A stretch of DNA of 63,257 nucleotides, filler included, from Globobulimina sp. (GCA_003354225.1; 50 parts of 50 records of this genome joined end to end with filler, not necessarily neighbours in it); one strand, 5' to 3'; positions 23,137 through 35,395 are shown, numbered from the whole stretch's first letter. The notes: generated from the sequence alone by a model not told the origin. Translations and numbers: made by a program.

Positions 23137-24220
23137 TATAATGGTAGGATTTGTACATGTCAACCGCAATGATTTCGGTTCTTCAAATCCAACGACAATT
23201 TCTCATGTTTAATTTGTGTAATTTGTGTATAAAATACGGTTTGTTAAAGTCAACGACCAAATTAAACTCATAAAAAACAAACCGTACTTTATTTGAGCTG
23301 CCATGCAGTGACATTTGGGATTGGCTAAAGCTTAAGGTTTTTCCTATTTAAATGTTAAAATTGACCATGTTTTGCAAACTTAAAACGAAAGAAAAAGAAT
23401 AGAAAATATTCAACACAAAAACTTAACATTGCTAAATCTAGCTCGTATTTAATTAAATATCTTCTTTTACTTGTTTACAATGAGTTTCCTTTCTATATTT
23501 ATGATAAAACAGTTCTAACATAAATCCAATGCACAGCACAGATCCAGTAAACACAATCCGTGCCAACAATGTATACATTTTCCCATAGTTTCGGCATCGT
23601 CTCTAGCACCAAATCTGTACAAATAAATATACTGCAACAAATAGAAATAACTAAATCTTCAAACAGCTTCATTTGCGCAAAAATACAAAGGCTGTGCTGA
23701 ATAGCTATCAAAAGGAAGCGTTTGTAGACCTCGTTGATATGAAGCAGTGTTTAATAAAGCAAATGATAAACTCGTTTCCATTTCAAATAACAAATCATCC
23801 GCATCCAAACCCAAATCGATATCGTTTATTTTATTTATCAATTCTTGACAATTTATCGTTTAGTTTTTTTATCAGTAAGCATGGCATCAAATAAATAATA
23901 AGCACGCATATGCAGTTTATAATAATTTTTTGTTTGCATAACAATTATGGTTACAATCTCTAATCGATATCTTCCACCAAATATTAAACGTTNNNNNNNN
24001 NNNNNNNNNNNNNNNNNNNNNNNNNNNNNNNNNNNNTTAATTAATTAANNNNNNNNNNNNNNNNNNNNNNNNNNNNNNNNNNNNNNNNNNNNAGTTAAAC
24101 GTTTTTTTCTGTGCTTTGACTTGTTATTATCGATGATGGTTTATTCAAGAAATTCGGACATCTCGCGGGGGTTCAGAATGGGGGCTGCATAGCTCCCCTC
24201 GATTAATACATTAATACATG

Positions 24221-24960
24221 TTATTTTGTTAAAACAACTTGATCAATTACACCAAGTTGATTTGTTACAAATTGCGCAATTAATGTTGTATAATTCACAA
24301 AAAAGCGTCCAAATCCATAATCAATTTCATCTCTAAACATTGACCAATCAACATCTGTATACAATGCATTATCCAAATCAAACCCAGCTGTACCAATGGT
24401 CAAATGTGTAATGCCGCCATTACTTCGACCAACACATTGATAATTATACAAAGGACATGTTCTCTCATATCCGTGATAGTGCCCAGCTAACACCAAATCA
24501 ACACCATATTCATACAATGTTGCTTCCAACAATTCTACCAAGTGTCCATCAACAATATTATCATCCGGATAAATCTCAGATTCATATAATGGTCGATGTA
24601 TATTCAAAATGAGCCATGGCGTCTGTTCCCTATCGATTTGTTTTAAATCATTTACCAACCACTTAAAAGCAGGTGCATTTGCACTATAATTATGTTCAGA
24701 TGATAACATAACAAAATGTGCGGAATTATAATCAAACGAATACCAAAATATTGAATTTCCCCTATAATTACTCGATACATTATATCGAAAATACAATGGC
24801 GCGCCACATTCACCACAGCTGTCATCACCTTCATTGCCCCAAACTGGATGATATCCATTGCCACCAACACCCGACACATCAGCACCGCCATGGTTGCAGT
24901 TATCAGTATGGTCATACTCATGATTGCCAAGACTGACCATATATGGTGCTGAAGATGCGA
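24221..24960 (-). CDS. Purple acid phosphatase, C-terminal two-thirds
   Basis: PYMVSLGNHEYD, FWYSFDY, TPWLILNIHRPLY, LVLAGHYHGYERTCP, HLTIGTAG, YGFGRF. Confidence 0.93.
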
Positions 24961-25072
24961 GTTTTGCCACCATATTCGACCAGAGCCATTTGCTATTTTT
25001 CCACTTTAAAGTCTTGCGGCTCATTCCGACTGCGAGGTCTATCCTGCCGTCGTGGTTTAGTTTCATCTCCAT
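24961..25072 (-). CDS. N-terminus of a phage VapE-like primase/helicase protein, fused in frame to the phosphatase
   Basis: IDLAVGMSRKTLKWKNSKWLWSNMVAKL resembles the N-terminus of phage VapE-family proteins. The ATG abuts the upstream TAA with an AAGGA Shine-Dalgarno-like sequence. Confidence 0.65.
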
Positions 25073-25259
25073 TTAGTCCTTTTTGTAATATTCAGATATA
25101 AAGCCCTCAACTGGGAGGTTTAGGTCTTGCGCCCACAGCGGGCGGACGCTCATTTCTTCGCAAATCGTTTTTAGCTCTTCCGGGGCGGCTCCCGTCGGCA
25201 CTTCTGATACTGTCTCATCGTGTACACTCATTATTATGTCGTACCCCACCGCGTCGAGG
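25073..25259 (-). CDS. Phage family A DNA polymerase, C-terminal fragment
   Basis: LDAVGYDIIMSVHDETVSEVP...MSVRPLWAQDLNLPVEGFISEYYKKD*: motif C (VHDE) plus the P-x-W-A...Y-x-K-D end typical of phage PolA. Higher GC than host. Confidence 0.85.
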
Positions 25260-25566
25260 NNNNNNNNNNNNNNNNNNNNNNNNNNNNNNNNNNNNNNNNN
25301 NNNTTAATTAATTAANNNNNNNNNNNNNNNNNNNNNNNNNNNNNNNNNNNNNNNNNNNNAAAATACTAATATTTATTTACACTATCATTACAATAAAGAA
25401 TTTGGGGACGTTTCTCATATTAAAGGGAATCACCTTTACGATATATCGATAATTCGCAGTAATGATAAAACTTCCACAAATTTTCATAATCCACACGAAT
25501 TTGCTTACACACATGTTTGCAAAAAATAAAACACATTCTTTATGTGAAAGGACCGGACTTTGTTTA

Positions 25567-26526
25567 TCATTGTTCCGTTAATCGTTTAACAATTCCACTC
25601 TTTTCTGAGTTTAACAATTCTCTCAACGATGCATCACTTTTACATTGATTGATTTGAATAGATTTAAATATCGCAGTATTAGCAAACCTCACAAATGATT
25701 GTTGCATCAAACCAGTAACTTCTATACAACACTCATCCATAACATTGAAATAATAACATTCGTCATACCGCTGTGCGGCATCAGTGTCAAATACATTTTG
25801 CAATTGTTTACGTACTGAATATGATATGTTGAGTTCGTGATCACTCCCAACTTTAATGTATTTATTATACAATGCATCCATTTGTTTATACAAATTATCT
25901 GCACATTTGGTTAAAATAATAGTTTTTGGTATTTCTGTAGGTAATGCTACTTTTGTCATAATGTCGCCATCAGAATGAAATAAGTACGTAAAATATCTCT
26001 CATTTTCCGTTCGAAACTGCTCATTCAATTTAAAAACATTAATATTAAAATCAATGATTATGAACTCCTCGGTCTTACCCATTAAAATTGGTGTTTTTAC
26101 AAGAAAATTATTCTTCATTTGATAATTATGTTTACACTGAATAAGCTCCACTAAAAACAATCCATTTTCAGCAGAGAATTCTGACACAATGTATGACATA
26201 AACAGTTTAAATAATTTATAATCACTCAATATCTGATTCATATCTTGTAAGTTTGTGCGAGTATGTTTGTGGCTGTTCGTTGTTGTCGGCGTTGAATCAA
26301 AGGATAGCTGTCCAACCAACATCATTTCCTCTCGCTTCTGCTTGTCAATGTATACTGGATAGAAAGTAGAAACAATGCCTAATGCCACCGCGCCAACGTC
26401 GGTTAAAAAAACGTATCCAAGAAATTCAAATCTGAGTATATTGACTGGATATTTAGTGGTTAGATATACATTGAAATGTGTCACCAAAAACAATATGAAA
26501 TATGTACTCAATACAAAAAATATCAT
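25567..26526 (-). CDS. 7TM-RGS protein, last TM helices plus RGS domain
   Basis: TM segments followed by FMSYIVSEFSAENGLFLVELIQ and LYNKYIKVGSDHELNISYSVRKQL...LMQQSFVRF. Confidence 0.88.
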   Translation of the reverse strand: MIFFVLSTYFILFLVTHFNVYLTTKYPVNILRFEFLGYVFLTDVGAVALGIVSTFYPVYIDKQKREEMMLVGQLSFDSTPTTTNSHKHTRTNLQDMNQILSDYKLFKLFMSYIVSEFSAENGLFLVELIQCKHNYQMKNNFLVKTPILMGKTEEFIIIDFNINVFKLNEQFRTENERYFTYLFHSDGDIMTKVALPTEIPKTIILTKCADNLYKQMDALYNKYIKVGSDHELNISYSVRKQLQNVFDTDAAQRYDECYYFNVMDECCIEVTGLMQQSFVRFANTAIFKSIQINQCKSDASLRELLNSEKSGIVKRLTEQ

Positions 26527-26626
26527 NNNNNNNNNNNNNNNNNNNNNNNNNNNNNNNNNNNNNNNNNNNNTTAATTAATTAANNNNNNNNNNNNNNNNNN
26601 NNNNNNNNNNNNNNNNNNNNNNNNNN

Positions 26627-27104
26627 GGAAGGATTAGGTTGTTTTGTTTCCGATCACAAATGTATTGATAATGTTATTCATCGTAATTCTGGGCCAAGAC
26701 TAAGAAATGAATGCAGAGAAATATTGTGTCATATTGACAAAAAAGGAAAAGCAAAATTAGCCACAGGAACAGCTATAATCACAAAGGGATATTGTCTTCC
26801 ATCAAAGTATGTGATTCATACAACTGGACCAATTGGTGAAAGACCAGGATTATTGAAAGCGTGTTATAAATCAGTTTTGAATCTATGTAAAAAGCATAAC
26901 ATAAGATCTGTCGCGTTTTGTTGTATCTCGACTGGAATATTTGGATATCCTCAAGAAAATGCAGCAAAAGTTGCAATTTCAACAGTTAAAATGTGGTTAA
27001 CTGGAAGTAGTAATGTTGGATGTATTGATTCTGTCGTTTTTAATGTATTCACGGATAGAGATCTAGAAATTTATAGTAATTTATTAAATGACACATGTAC
27101 ATAG
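26627..27104 (+). CDS. Zinc-containing macrodomain (Zn-Macro-type ADP-ribosylhydrolase), C-terminal part
   Basis: Frame open from the contig edge: GLGCFVSDHKCIDNVIHRNSGPRLRNEC, then ITKGYCLPSKYVIHTTGP and SVAFCCISTGIFGYP. Confidence 0.9.
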
Positions 27105-27306
27105 GTACGAGCACTAACTTTTTCATGACTTTTGCGTTGTTGTATTGTGTGTGCATTCCATCACAAGTAAAAAAACATGGATGAAAAACTTTGACTTGCA
27201 AAAATCCCACCTTGTGAATTTTCAATTTTAACTAAATTTCCCGTTCGATTTTGCCATGACACAACAAGTCGGCACAGTACTAGATCCTTTACTTAGAGTT
27301 ACAAGA

Positions 27307-27793
27307 TGAGCAATTTATATTGTGGCAGATATGTTTAATGATTGTTATGTTGGTATTGCGTAGTTACAGTACAACATATACGACAGAAGAAGATTTAATT
27401 GAACGCAGGAAATCCGGCGACAAAAAAAAGGCATATAGAAAATTAAAAAAATACATTAAATGTCAAGTATGTGAGTTTGCAGCGGAGTCTATACATACAA
27501 TATGGTTAAGGACAATGGATGAAAATATATTTGATGAAAACGTAATGTATAATGTGATTGTAGAGACTTGTAATCCGTGGTCGCATTTTGGTGTTTGGAC
27601 GCATGCAATGGATCTTGTTATAAATGAAGAGAATGAATTAAAATTAATTAATAAAAAAGAAATGGGACAATGCAATCGTAAATGTGAAACTGTTAAATCT
27701 GTTTGTCGAGATGTTGTAACTTTTGATGCCGAATGCATTGCTGAATATATTTGGACAAATAAACACGAAATGGATAATCTAACATTAACGCAA
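27307..27793 (+). CDS. Secreted/ER saposin-B-like protein, 3' truncated
   Basis: Signal peptide; YIKCQVCE...CNP....GVW...DLV...CNRKCETVKSVC cysteine pattern. Confidence 0.65.
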
Positions 27794-27893
27794 NNNNNNN
27801 NNNNNNNNNNNNNNNNNNNNNNNNNNNNNNNNNNNNNTTAATTAATTAANNNNNNNNNNNNNNNNNNNNNNNNNNNNNNNNNNNNNNNNNNNN

Positions 27894-28740
27894 TTGAGTA
27901 GGTATGGAATTTTCTTTTTTTTCATCTATTTCCATCTCATATGAACTTTCTCCACGTTGTAAATCTCGAAAATAAATTGGCATCAACACATTGTTGGAAT
28001 TCTCATTATTTTCATCCAAACCCAATTTAACTTTTTCTTCACCCAATAAATTCCTGCAATACATTCCAAAATTCTGTGCAAATCTTTTGCAATCAATCCG
28101 ATTTTGCTTCTTTTTTTGAAGTATTTTATTGTTGTTCTTAACAATTTTAACTAATTCGGGTAAGTTTAAGTCATACAAACATTGGAACGCTTTGTGCAAA
28201 TCTTTGCTTTTTGCCAATGTGGTATTTCTCATTAAATGCTGCGGTTTGCATCTGACAAATCCTTTGATTTCAGCGGACAGCAATTGAACCACAAAATAAA
28301 TGCAACTATAATTTACGAGATGTTTCCGCTTATTTTGAGAAACGTCAATATGTTTACAATAATTCAGCAAATAACATTTAATTTCCTTCAAATGCAACGC
28401 AAAGAAATATGGCCCAGAAACCTTTCGAGAATTTTGATCCAACCAATTCACCGATTTGGAATGAAATACGCCTTCGGCAATGACTCTGGAAATGTGGAGA
28501 CCTCGCCAGTTATCAATCAATTTGTTAATCTCATCCATATTTACAAAGGACTCATCATAGTCTGGTATGGCAATTGTCGATGGATAGCCTAATTCATTCA
28601 GATGCTTTACAGTCTAATAAAGTTTGAGTGGACGTGCACGAATTGTTTGAATATCACAGAAGTACATAACTTGTTGAAGAATTTTTTTGAGTCCATCCTC
28701 TCTTAACGTTAAATGATCCATCAGTCTTTTCTAGACATTG
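27894..28740 (-). CDS. Hypothetical protein fragment, multi-exon; possibly transposase-derived
   Basis: Long exon to the contig edge and an upstream exon KRLMDHLTLREDGLKKILQQ joined by a GT-AG intron. No firm domain. Confidence 0.45.
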
Positions 28741-29160
28741 CAAATTGGATCAATTATTCAATGGGATGTATGTATATACCTTTAATTTGGGTCTCTGTTT
28801 CTGCAAAAAGCGTGCATTGTTTCTGTTATTGGTTGCCATGCTGATTATGTGACAAACAACAAAAAAAAGTTCACTTAGTTAACGGTTTTGAATTTTACTG
28901 TACAACAAACAACTAAAAAATGCAACGACATGTAATAATTGCATTATTTATGTATCGGTACTCATTAATATTAATTCTTCAAATTGTTTCTTTAAATCTT
29001 TATCAGCAACAATGTGAATGGTTGATTCTATTAATATCCTTTTATCATTTTGCTGTTGAANNNNNNNNNNNNNNNNNNNNNNNNNNNNNNNNNNNNNNNN
29101 NNNNTTAATTAATTAANNNNNNNNNNNNNNNNNNNNNNNNNNNNNNNNNNNNNNNNNNNN

Positions 29161-29762
29161 TTTTGGCAATGCCAATATTATTTGTGCCCTTTGTCGGCGA
29201 TAAGTTACCATTCACATTCCATACAACCATGGATGAAGAGGACGAGACGCCGATTGTTAAAAGGTTTATGCTTCCGAGAGATTATCAATTTATTATTCGA
29301 AAAAAAGCGGCCAAAGAAGAGGAAGTTATTGAATTTAATAAAGAGCATTTTGATACATTGAGGAGTGAAAAAGCCGTGGATGAGCTCAAAGAGTTGATGG
29401 AGGGCGTAAACCCGGTTCAAATAATTGAACAGGAATTGGATGATTGGTTGGCAAATAATACCAATGATAATACTAATAATATTGGTTTCGGGTTTGGTCC
29501 ACAAGAAACAGTGCCGATGCAAACGAGCGGTAATGACAACAATGAATATTCAGTGTCATCGGAGGAGAAAGAAATGTATCAAAAACAATTGACGGATCAA
29601 ATAATTAATGAAGAGTTAGAAGATGGAATTGGTCAAAGTATTGAGGTAACTGCTACCCATACACCTATTATTTTAGCGGGAGAAACGCCCAGAGATCAAA
29701 GCTCCAATGCCTCTGATAATAGTAATAAAAGGGCATTAAGTGATGCATGGAATGATCCATAA
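29161..29762 (+). CDS. Acidic hypothetical protein, C-terminal fragment
   Basis: About 200-aa open frame ending at a stop; E/D/N-rich. Confidence 0.55.
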
Positions 29763-30084
29763 TCTCAATTTTAAATAATAAATTTTTTTTTTTAAATATT
29801 TCAACGGATCAAAAAATAAAATTATATCAATTTTTTTGTGAAATTATATATTTGGTTTACGATCAAATATTATTTATTTTTTGTACACTTTAAACACAAA
29901 AAAATCAAAGAAAATATATCTTTTCCGTTTGAATGTGTCAATTGTTTGTTGGAACTTTGTAAAAAAAATTTCTTTTTTGTAATTCTGTAATTTCTGTTTT
30001 TTATTTTTTGTTTCTTGCATCTTTTTTACTAATTTATTGAATTTTCCATTTTTGCTGATTTTGTGGTTACTGCTGCGTCCTTCG

Positions 30085-30227
30085 CTGAAATTCTAGCCCT
30101 TTGGATATTCACGAAAAGTACCTTTCGTGATAATTCTACTTTTCGTGAAATTTGCATACAACTTGTATAGGAGATATACTTTTCGTGACAAATACTTTTC
30201 GTGAATATCCAAGGGCTAGAATTTCAG
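30085..30227. mobile_element. 143-bp MITE with about 35-bp TIRs and an 8-bp TSD (GTCCTTCG), hAT-like
   Basis: Left CTGAAATTCTAGCCCTTTGGATATTCACGAAAAGTA, right TACTTTTCGTGAATATCCAAGGGCTAGAATTTCAG. GTCCTTCG at 30077-30084 and 30228-30235. Internal TAC(T/C)TTTCGTGA repeats. Confidence 0.92.
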
Positions 30228-30427
30228 GTCCTTCGTTAGTACTTGTAATACATTATGTAACTGACTAGCTTTAGGGCCCATTGTTAAAATGTTTTTTGAA
30301 TGTTCCTTGATTATTAACTTAAAAACTNNNNNNNNNNNNNNNNNNNNNNNNNNNNNNNNNNNNNNNNNNNNTTAATTAATTAANNNNNNNNNNNNNNNNN
30401 NNNNNNNNNNNNNNNNNNNNNNNNNNN

Positions 30428-31315
30428 GAATTTGAGGTTCCATGGATACCTGGAGGTTTATCAGCAATTTCCATCTTTGAAACATCACAATTTAAACTGC
30501 AAAAATTAATTACATCTGGATTATTCATATTATGACTTTTATTTCCGTGAAATCTGTCAACCAACCATCTGGTATATGTCCAAATTTCTCTCTGTTCTTC
30601 ACGATTATTAATATATTGCCATAATTTACAGCCGCTGTCTGTCCATGTATATGCTGGCTTTTCTTTTCCACTATAGCATTCATTCCATATTTGCATAACT
30701 CTTTTACATCCCTCAGATCTGTACAACGGTTCCATCCACATAATATAACCACACGGTTTAACTATTGCATAATAACCATACAACCAACATCTACCAACTT
30801 TAAATTTCCATGAATCTGGGATTTCAACCTCTTTTTGTTCATCATCCTCGTCGTTTTTTTGTTCATCGTCATCCAATGGTTGTAATGCTTGCTCCATCGG
30901 TTGATTATTCTCATTTTCAATCTCAACATCTGAATCTTCTCTGACATGATGCCTGTTGTTACCTCTCAATGCACCTCTTCTATGATCATCAAATCTGTCC
31001 CTGCTCTTTTTTATTTTTCTTCTTGCCACTTCTTCTAACAGAGTATGTGCAGCGCAAAAATTACGATATGGTATTATAGCTTCTGCACAGTCGGGGCATC
31101 CAACTGTATATGTGTCACAATGATTACATGAATTTCTTAAATGCTGATCAATAATCCCTGGACATGGATACAACACATTATTCCTTTTCACCAAACATTT
31201 GCATCTGTGTTCCAAATTCCAATGGGTGTCGCAAAATGTCCGTTTCCTATCACCTGGTGGAACATTATCACACGGATATTCGCTTCTCCGATGATGATAA
31301 GCTCCACAAATCCAA
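30428..31315 (-). mobile_element. KDZ (Kyakuja-Dileera-Zisupton)-type transposase with an upstream Cys cluster, fragment
   Basis: GYYAIVKPCGYIMWMEPLYRSEG, YTWTDSGCKL and WLVDRFHGNKSH...FC match KDZ motifs PCG..LY.SE, YD..C.L and VDRFH. Upstream C..C/FC..H clusters. Confidence 0.8.
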
Positions 31316-31694
31316 CTGTCATAAAAAAACTTTTGTCATTCAACATCAAAGCATGCCTGGCTCAAAACTAAGAAAAACGAAAAAGAAAGCTTTGAAAAGT
31401 ATGGTACAAGTTAAATTAAAAGAGCGAATTGATCAACTCAATGATCACAGAAAAGCAAATAATCCAACCGTTGATAAATTATTAAAAGGCGGCGTCGTCA
31501 GAGACTTAAAAACCCGCATCAGAATTTATGAAATTGCACATTTGAGTGGCAAATCGGGGTCAGATGAAGAGGTGGAAGGTGTTGATAAAAAAAANNNNNN
31601 NNNNNNNNNNNNNNNNNNNNNNNNNNNNNNNNNNNNNNTTAATTAATTAANNNNNNNNNNNNNNNNNNNNNNNNNNNNNNNNNNNNNNNNNNNN

Positions 31695-32684
31695 ATCCAA
31701 GCCATCTATTTTACTTGCAAATATATCTGTTTTTGATGTAACGCATACCGGATTTTCACTCTTTAACATTTTGGCAAATATTTTATCCTTCATGTTGTAA
31801 ACATATTTTGCTGTTACGTAAATATAGTTATCTGTAAATGAATTATCATTTTCTACGACTCTTAGACATGCTACAGGTTCTAAATTGATTTCTTTTGCAT
31901 ATGTCACCAAACGAAATGTACACAATGTATTTTTATTTCCTGTTAGTTGTATAATAGATTTATGATTTCTTAATCTTGGTTGAATTACCACGTTTGGAAT
32001 TTGAGATAAAAATTGTTGAGGATATTTTGTTAAAAGATTTCCCGCTGAAACATTTGCATCACACTTCTTAACAATAAATTCTTGCACTTTGTTTCTTGTT
32101 TTTTCTTCATTTAATTGTTGCTTGTTTAATATACATTTTATGGTAGGAATATTATATTTGATACAGAATTCATAAAATTGCTGTTTGTTATCTACACAGA
32201 AATCCTCATTTCCTGATATTGTATACAAATAAAAAAAATTATAGACCAATGATGTACAGATAAAATTTATTGTTACATTGTATTTCTCACAATTTTTCAA
32301 TTTTTGCAATGCTGCAGTTTCTGCAATGTACTGAAGCCTACCAAGGTCTGTTAAAATTGTGAAATAAATTCGATCCACAAACAATCCCAAAAATAAAATA
32401 AAAAATGGTAGTAATAAATCCATGATGAGCATATTCCATCGATTATGTAAATATCTTTGTAGCTTTTTTTTTACACCACTTTGTGGTAAATAATAACAAT
32501 TTAAATGTAATAACAGCACATCGGACATTTTCCTACAATATTTATCCACCGGTTTGTCCCAAAGATTGAATATTTGATAAACTGACCAATGAAATGTATC
32601 TATTTTATTTTTCGGAGTTTGATTACACAAAACAACCAGGCAAAAAGATTGATAATATCGCAAAATACTTGTTATTATACTCAT
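31695..32684 (-). CDS. Sugar-transfer-associated ATP-grasp (alpha-L-glutamate ligase-related) protein, 3' truncated
   Basis: DNKQQFYEFCIKYNIPT and VVIQPRLRNHKSI...TLCTFRLVT...FTDN. The 5' end is uncertain. Confidence 0.7.
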
Positions 32685-32961
32685 TGGTATAACCAGTTGT
32701 TGGTGTTGCTGTGGTTGGTGTTGCAGTCGTTGTTGGTGTTCCTGTTGTTGGTAAGATAATTAAACCTCAAATTGATCAATTAAACTTAGGCAATTAGCCA
32801 TTAATAGGTGCATAATTAACTAAAATTAGAAAATAATTTTCATAATCTAATAACTTCATCANNNNNNNNNNNNNNNNNNNNNNNNNNNNNNNNNNNNNNN
32901 NNNNNTTAATTAATTAANNNNNNNNNNNNNNNNNNNNNNNNNNNNNNNNNNNNNNNNNNNN

Positions 32962-34128
32962 ATGCTAGGAACTGAAACTTCCACACCGACGGAAATAAAA
33001 CAATCAAACCAATCAATAAAATAAAAAACAATGCAGTCAATATCCACTGGAAGAAAGCAATATATTTGATGTGCGGGATCAGTATCAACCCAATAATCGG
33101 TATCAATAAGTTAAAGATCCTCGACACGGCATATAACGGCACAAATAAAAACCACAATATGTAATCTGCAAATAACTGGATATAAACTATCAATTTGTTC
33201 ATCAAGATGTCCATCCATTGGATATAAGTCGTAGTTTGCTGATTCAATTCACAAATCCGGAGCTTGTCCTCGTTGATAGCTTTGACCATTTGCTTCAATA
33301 TCACAGATATCAAATGCGTCTTATGTTTGTTCTTGCATTTGACGCGAAAGTCTTTGTACGAGATATCTTTTAAGGACTTGTAAGTGAGCGCCTCCATGCC
33401 ATCCATCCCCATATCTGACGATAACAACGAAGTGCCAAAGTCTCGCAAGGCGCAGTCGCCTTCATATTCTTCATAGTAATCGCTTAATTGTTTGTGTTGT
33501 TTGGCTTCGTAATCGTCGGCAGACTCGAATAGCATATTTGTGGTGCATACATTGGCCGAAATAGGTATGGCGTCAATGCCAAATAAATCCGGATCGTCGT
33601 CACTTAAATCGACGTTTAAATGTTTCACACGTTTTATGTTTTTATTATTTGTGCGATGCATGCGAGTGATATTAAAACGCAAATCATTTTTAATGACATT
33701 GGTTAGAAACTTATGCAATTGCACGTCGTTCATCATCTTGCCGTGGGACAAGCGATAATTGATAGATATTAAACGTATCAACAAATCGCTGCTATCGTTG
33801 CTGAGATATAACCAATAAAATATCTTCATGAATGTGCGTGAATGACTGAACCGGGATTCGTTATAATAATAAAAGCCAATGGCAATCCAGGTGCAACATA
33901 AGATTTCGCCAAAGATTATCAACAAAACCACCCCAAACGACCACAAAATGGCGAACACGATGATAATCCCAATGATGATAATAAATTTATAAATGTATTC
34001 CATCAGATTCTCTTTGTACATATCTAAGGTGATGTCGTCATACAAATCAATGGCGATGAAGACGGATAATATAAATGTGCCCACCACAATGGGCGAGACT
34101 GTGCAAATTATAAATTTCCAGATCCATA
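32962..34128 (-). CDS. Multi-pass membrane protein, internal fragment
   Basis: Frame open across the contig with several hydrophobic helices around a soluble loop. Confidence 0.65.
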
Positions 34129-34228
34129 NNNNNNNNNNNNNNNNNNNNNNNNNNNNNNNNNNNNNNNNNNNNTTAATTAATTAANNNNNNNNNNNNNNNN
34201 NNNNNNNNNNNNNNNNNNNNNNNNNNNN

Positions 34229-35395
34229 TTTGAATTTATAACTTATCCATATACAAAAAAGGTTTACTCGATGGAGGAACGCCATATTTAAAATCTTGGA
34301 ATACAAACGTTGTCGCAACCAATTCGTCAAATTATCAAAGACATCATGGTTACTTCACATTTGATTCCTCGAGTTCAGCATTGCAAGCATCAATGTTTCG
34401 GGGATGGTACAATATCGTTATGTTATGTGTGGCATCCTACATTGCACTCAACTTTGCAAATAATTATAACTCATTCGGTTCCATTTTTGCAAACACCTCA
34501 TTCTTATGGTCATTATGCATACAAATCCACGAATTGGTCATTGTAATTTTATTGGTTTATTTTTCTGTCTTTTCTGTATTTTTCACTCAATTATTTTCCG
34601 TTTATTTCAGTTCAAAATTGCTGAAAATAAATAAAAGCACACTAAAAAGCAAAAAAAATCAATCCTTAATTAAACGTACAAAATGTATTCGTTTATATTT
34701 TACATTTTCTTCCTATGTCTGCATATTCGTCATATTACTGTCAACCTCTTATTTTATTTTTTATCGCACCAAACAGTGGCCATTTACGCAAAAAATGTGT
34801 TTAATGATAGAGACAATGTGTTTGCTCTTAAAAAGCCATTCTTATATGGATACAAATAATGAATTATTCTCCAAGAGAATCAAAGATAACATCAATGAGT
34901 CCGACCCGATGCCGAATAGTAATAAGTTGCCAGACATTACAAAATTAAACGATATTGAAAATCTCACCGATAATGAGATTCAATGTTATTTATTAGCCTA
35001 TGGATTGCGGAAAAATATGATATTTATCACAGAAAAAGAAGAACAAAAGAAATTTTTAATTAAAATGCGCGATCAATTAATTTTACGCAATACAATCTAT
35101 CCCAATAACGTGCGGTTGTGGGATTTCTTGTTATTTACATGTTCGCCAACTTTATGCTATTCGCCCATATATCCGCGCAGTGGCTATGGGCATCGAAAGG
35201 GAATGGACGCAGCCTCTACAAATTTGAAACAAAATATTCAATGGATTTATGTAATTGAAAAATTTATAATGGCCGCTGGCATCATTGTTTGTATGTATTT
35301 AATTGCGGAACATTCTGTGATACCAATCTTATCAAAAAGTGGTGATATTGCGTTTGTGGATGGAGTGATTCGATTATATTTCCCGTTTTTTATGT
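34229..35395 (+). CDS. MBOAT sterol O-acyltransferase / DGAT1-family protein, internal fragment
   Basis: MFRGWYNIVML, LLLKSHSY, YPNNVRLWDFLLFTCSPTLCYSPIYPRS, IQWIYVIEK. Confidence 0.9.

Noticed and set aside
23659..23900. Possible EF-hand exon upstream of the fimbrin-like CH exon
   Set aside because: Needs a frameshift in a poly-A run and has no clear splice path; too weak to call.
24165..24200. GC-rich hairpin GGGGGCTGCATAGCTCCCC after the phosphatase gene as a terminator or Helitron end
   Set aside because: No U-tract or CTRR end; eukaryotic context.
28440..28510. hAT dimerisation motif in ISRVIAEGVFHS
   Set aside because: Only a loose resemblance to S..ER.FS; no other transposase motifs.
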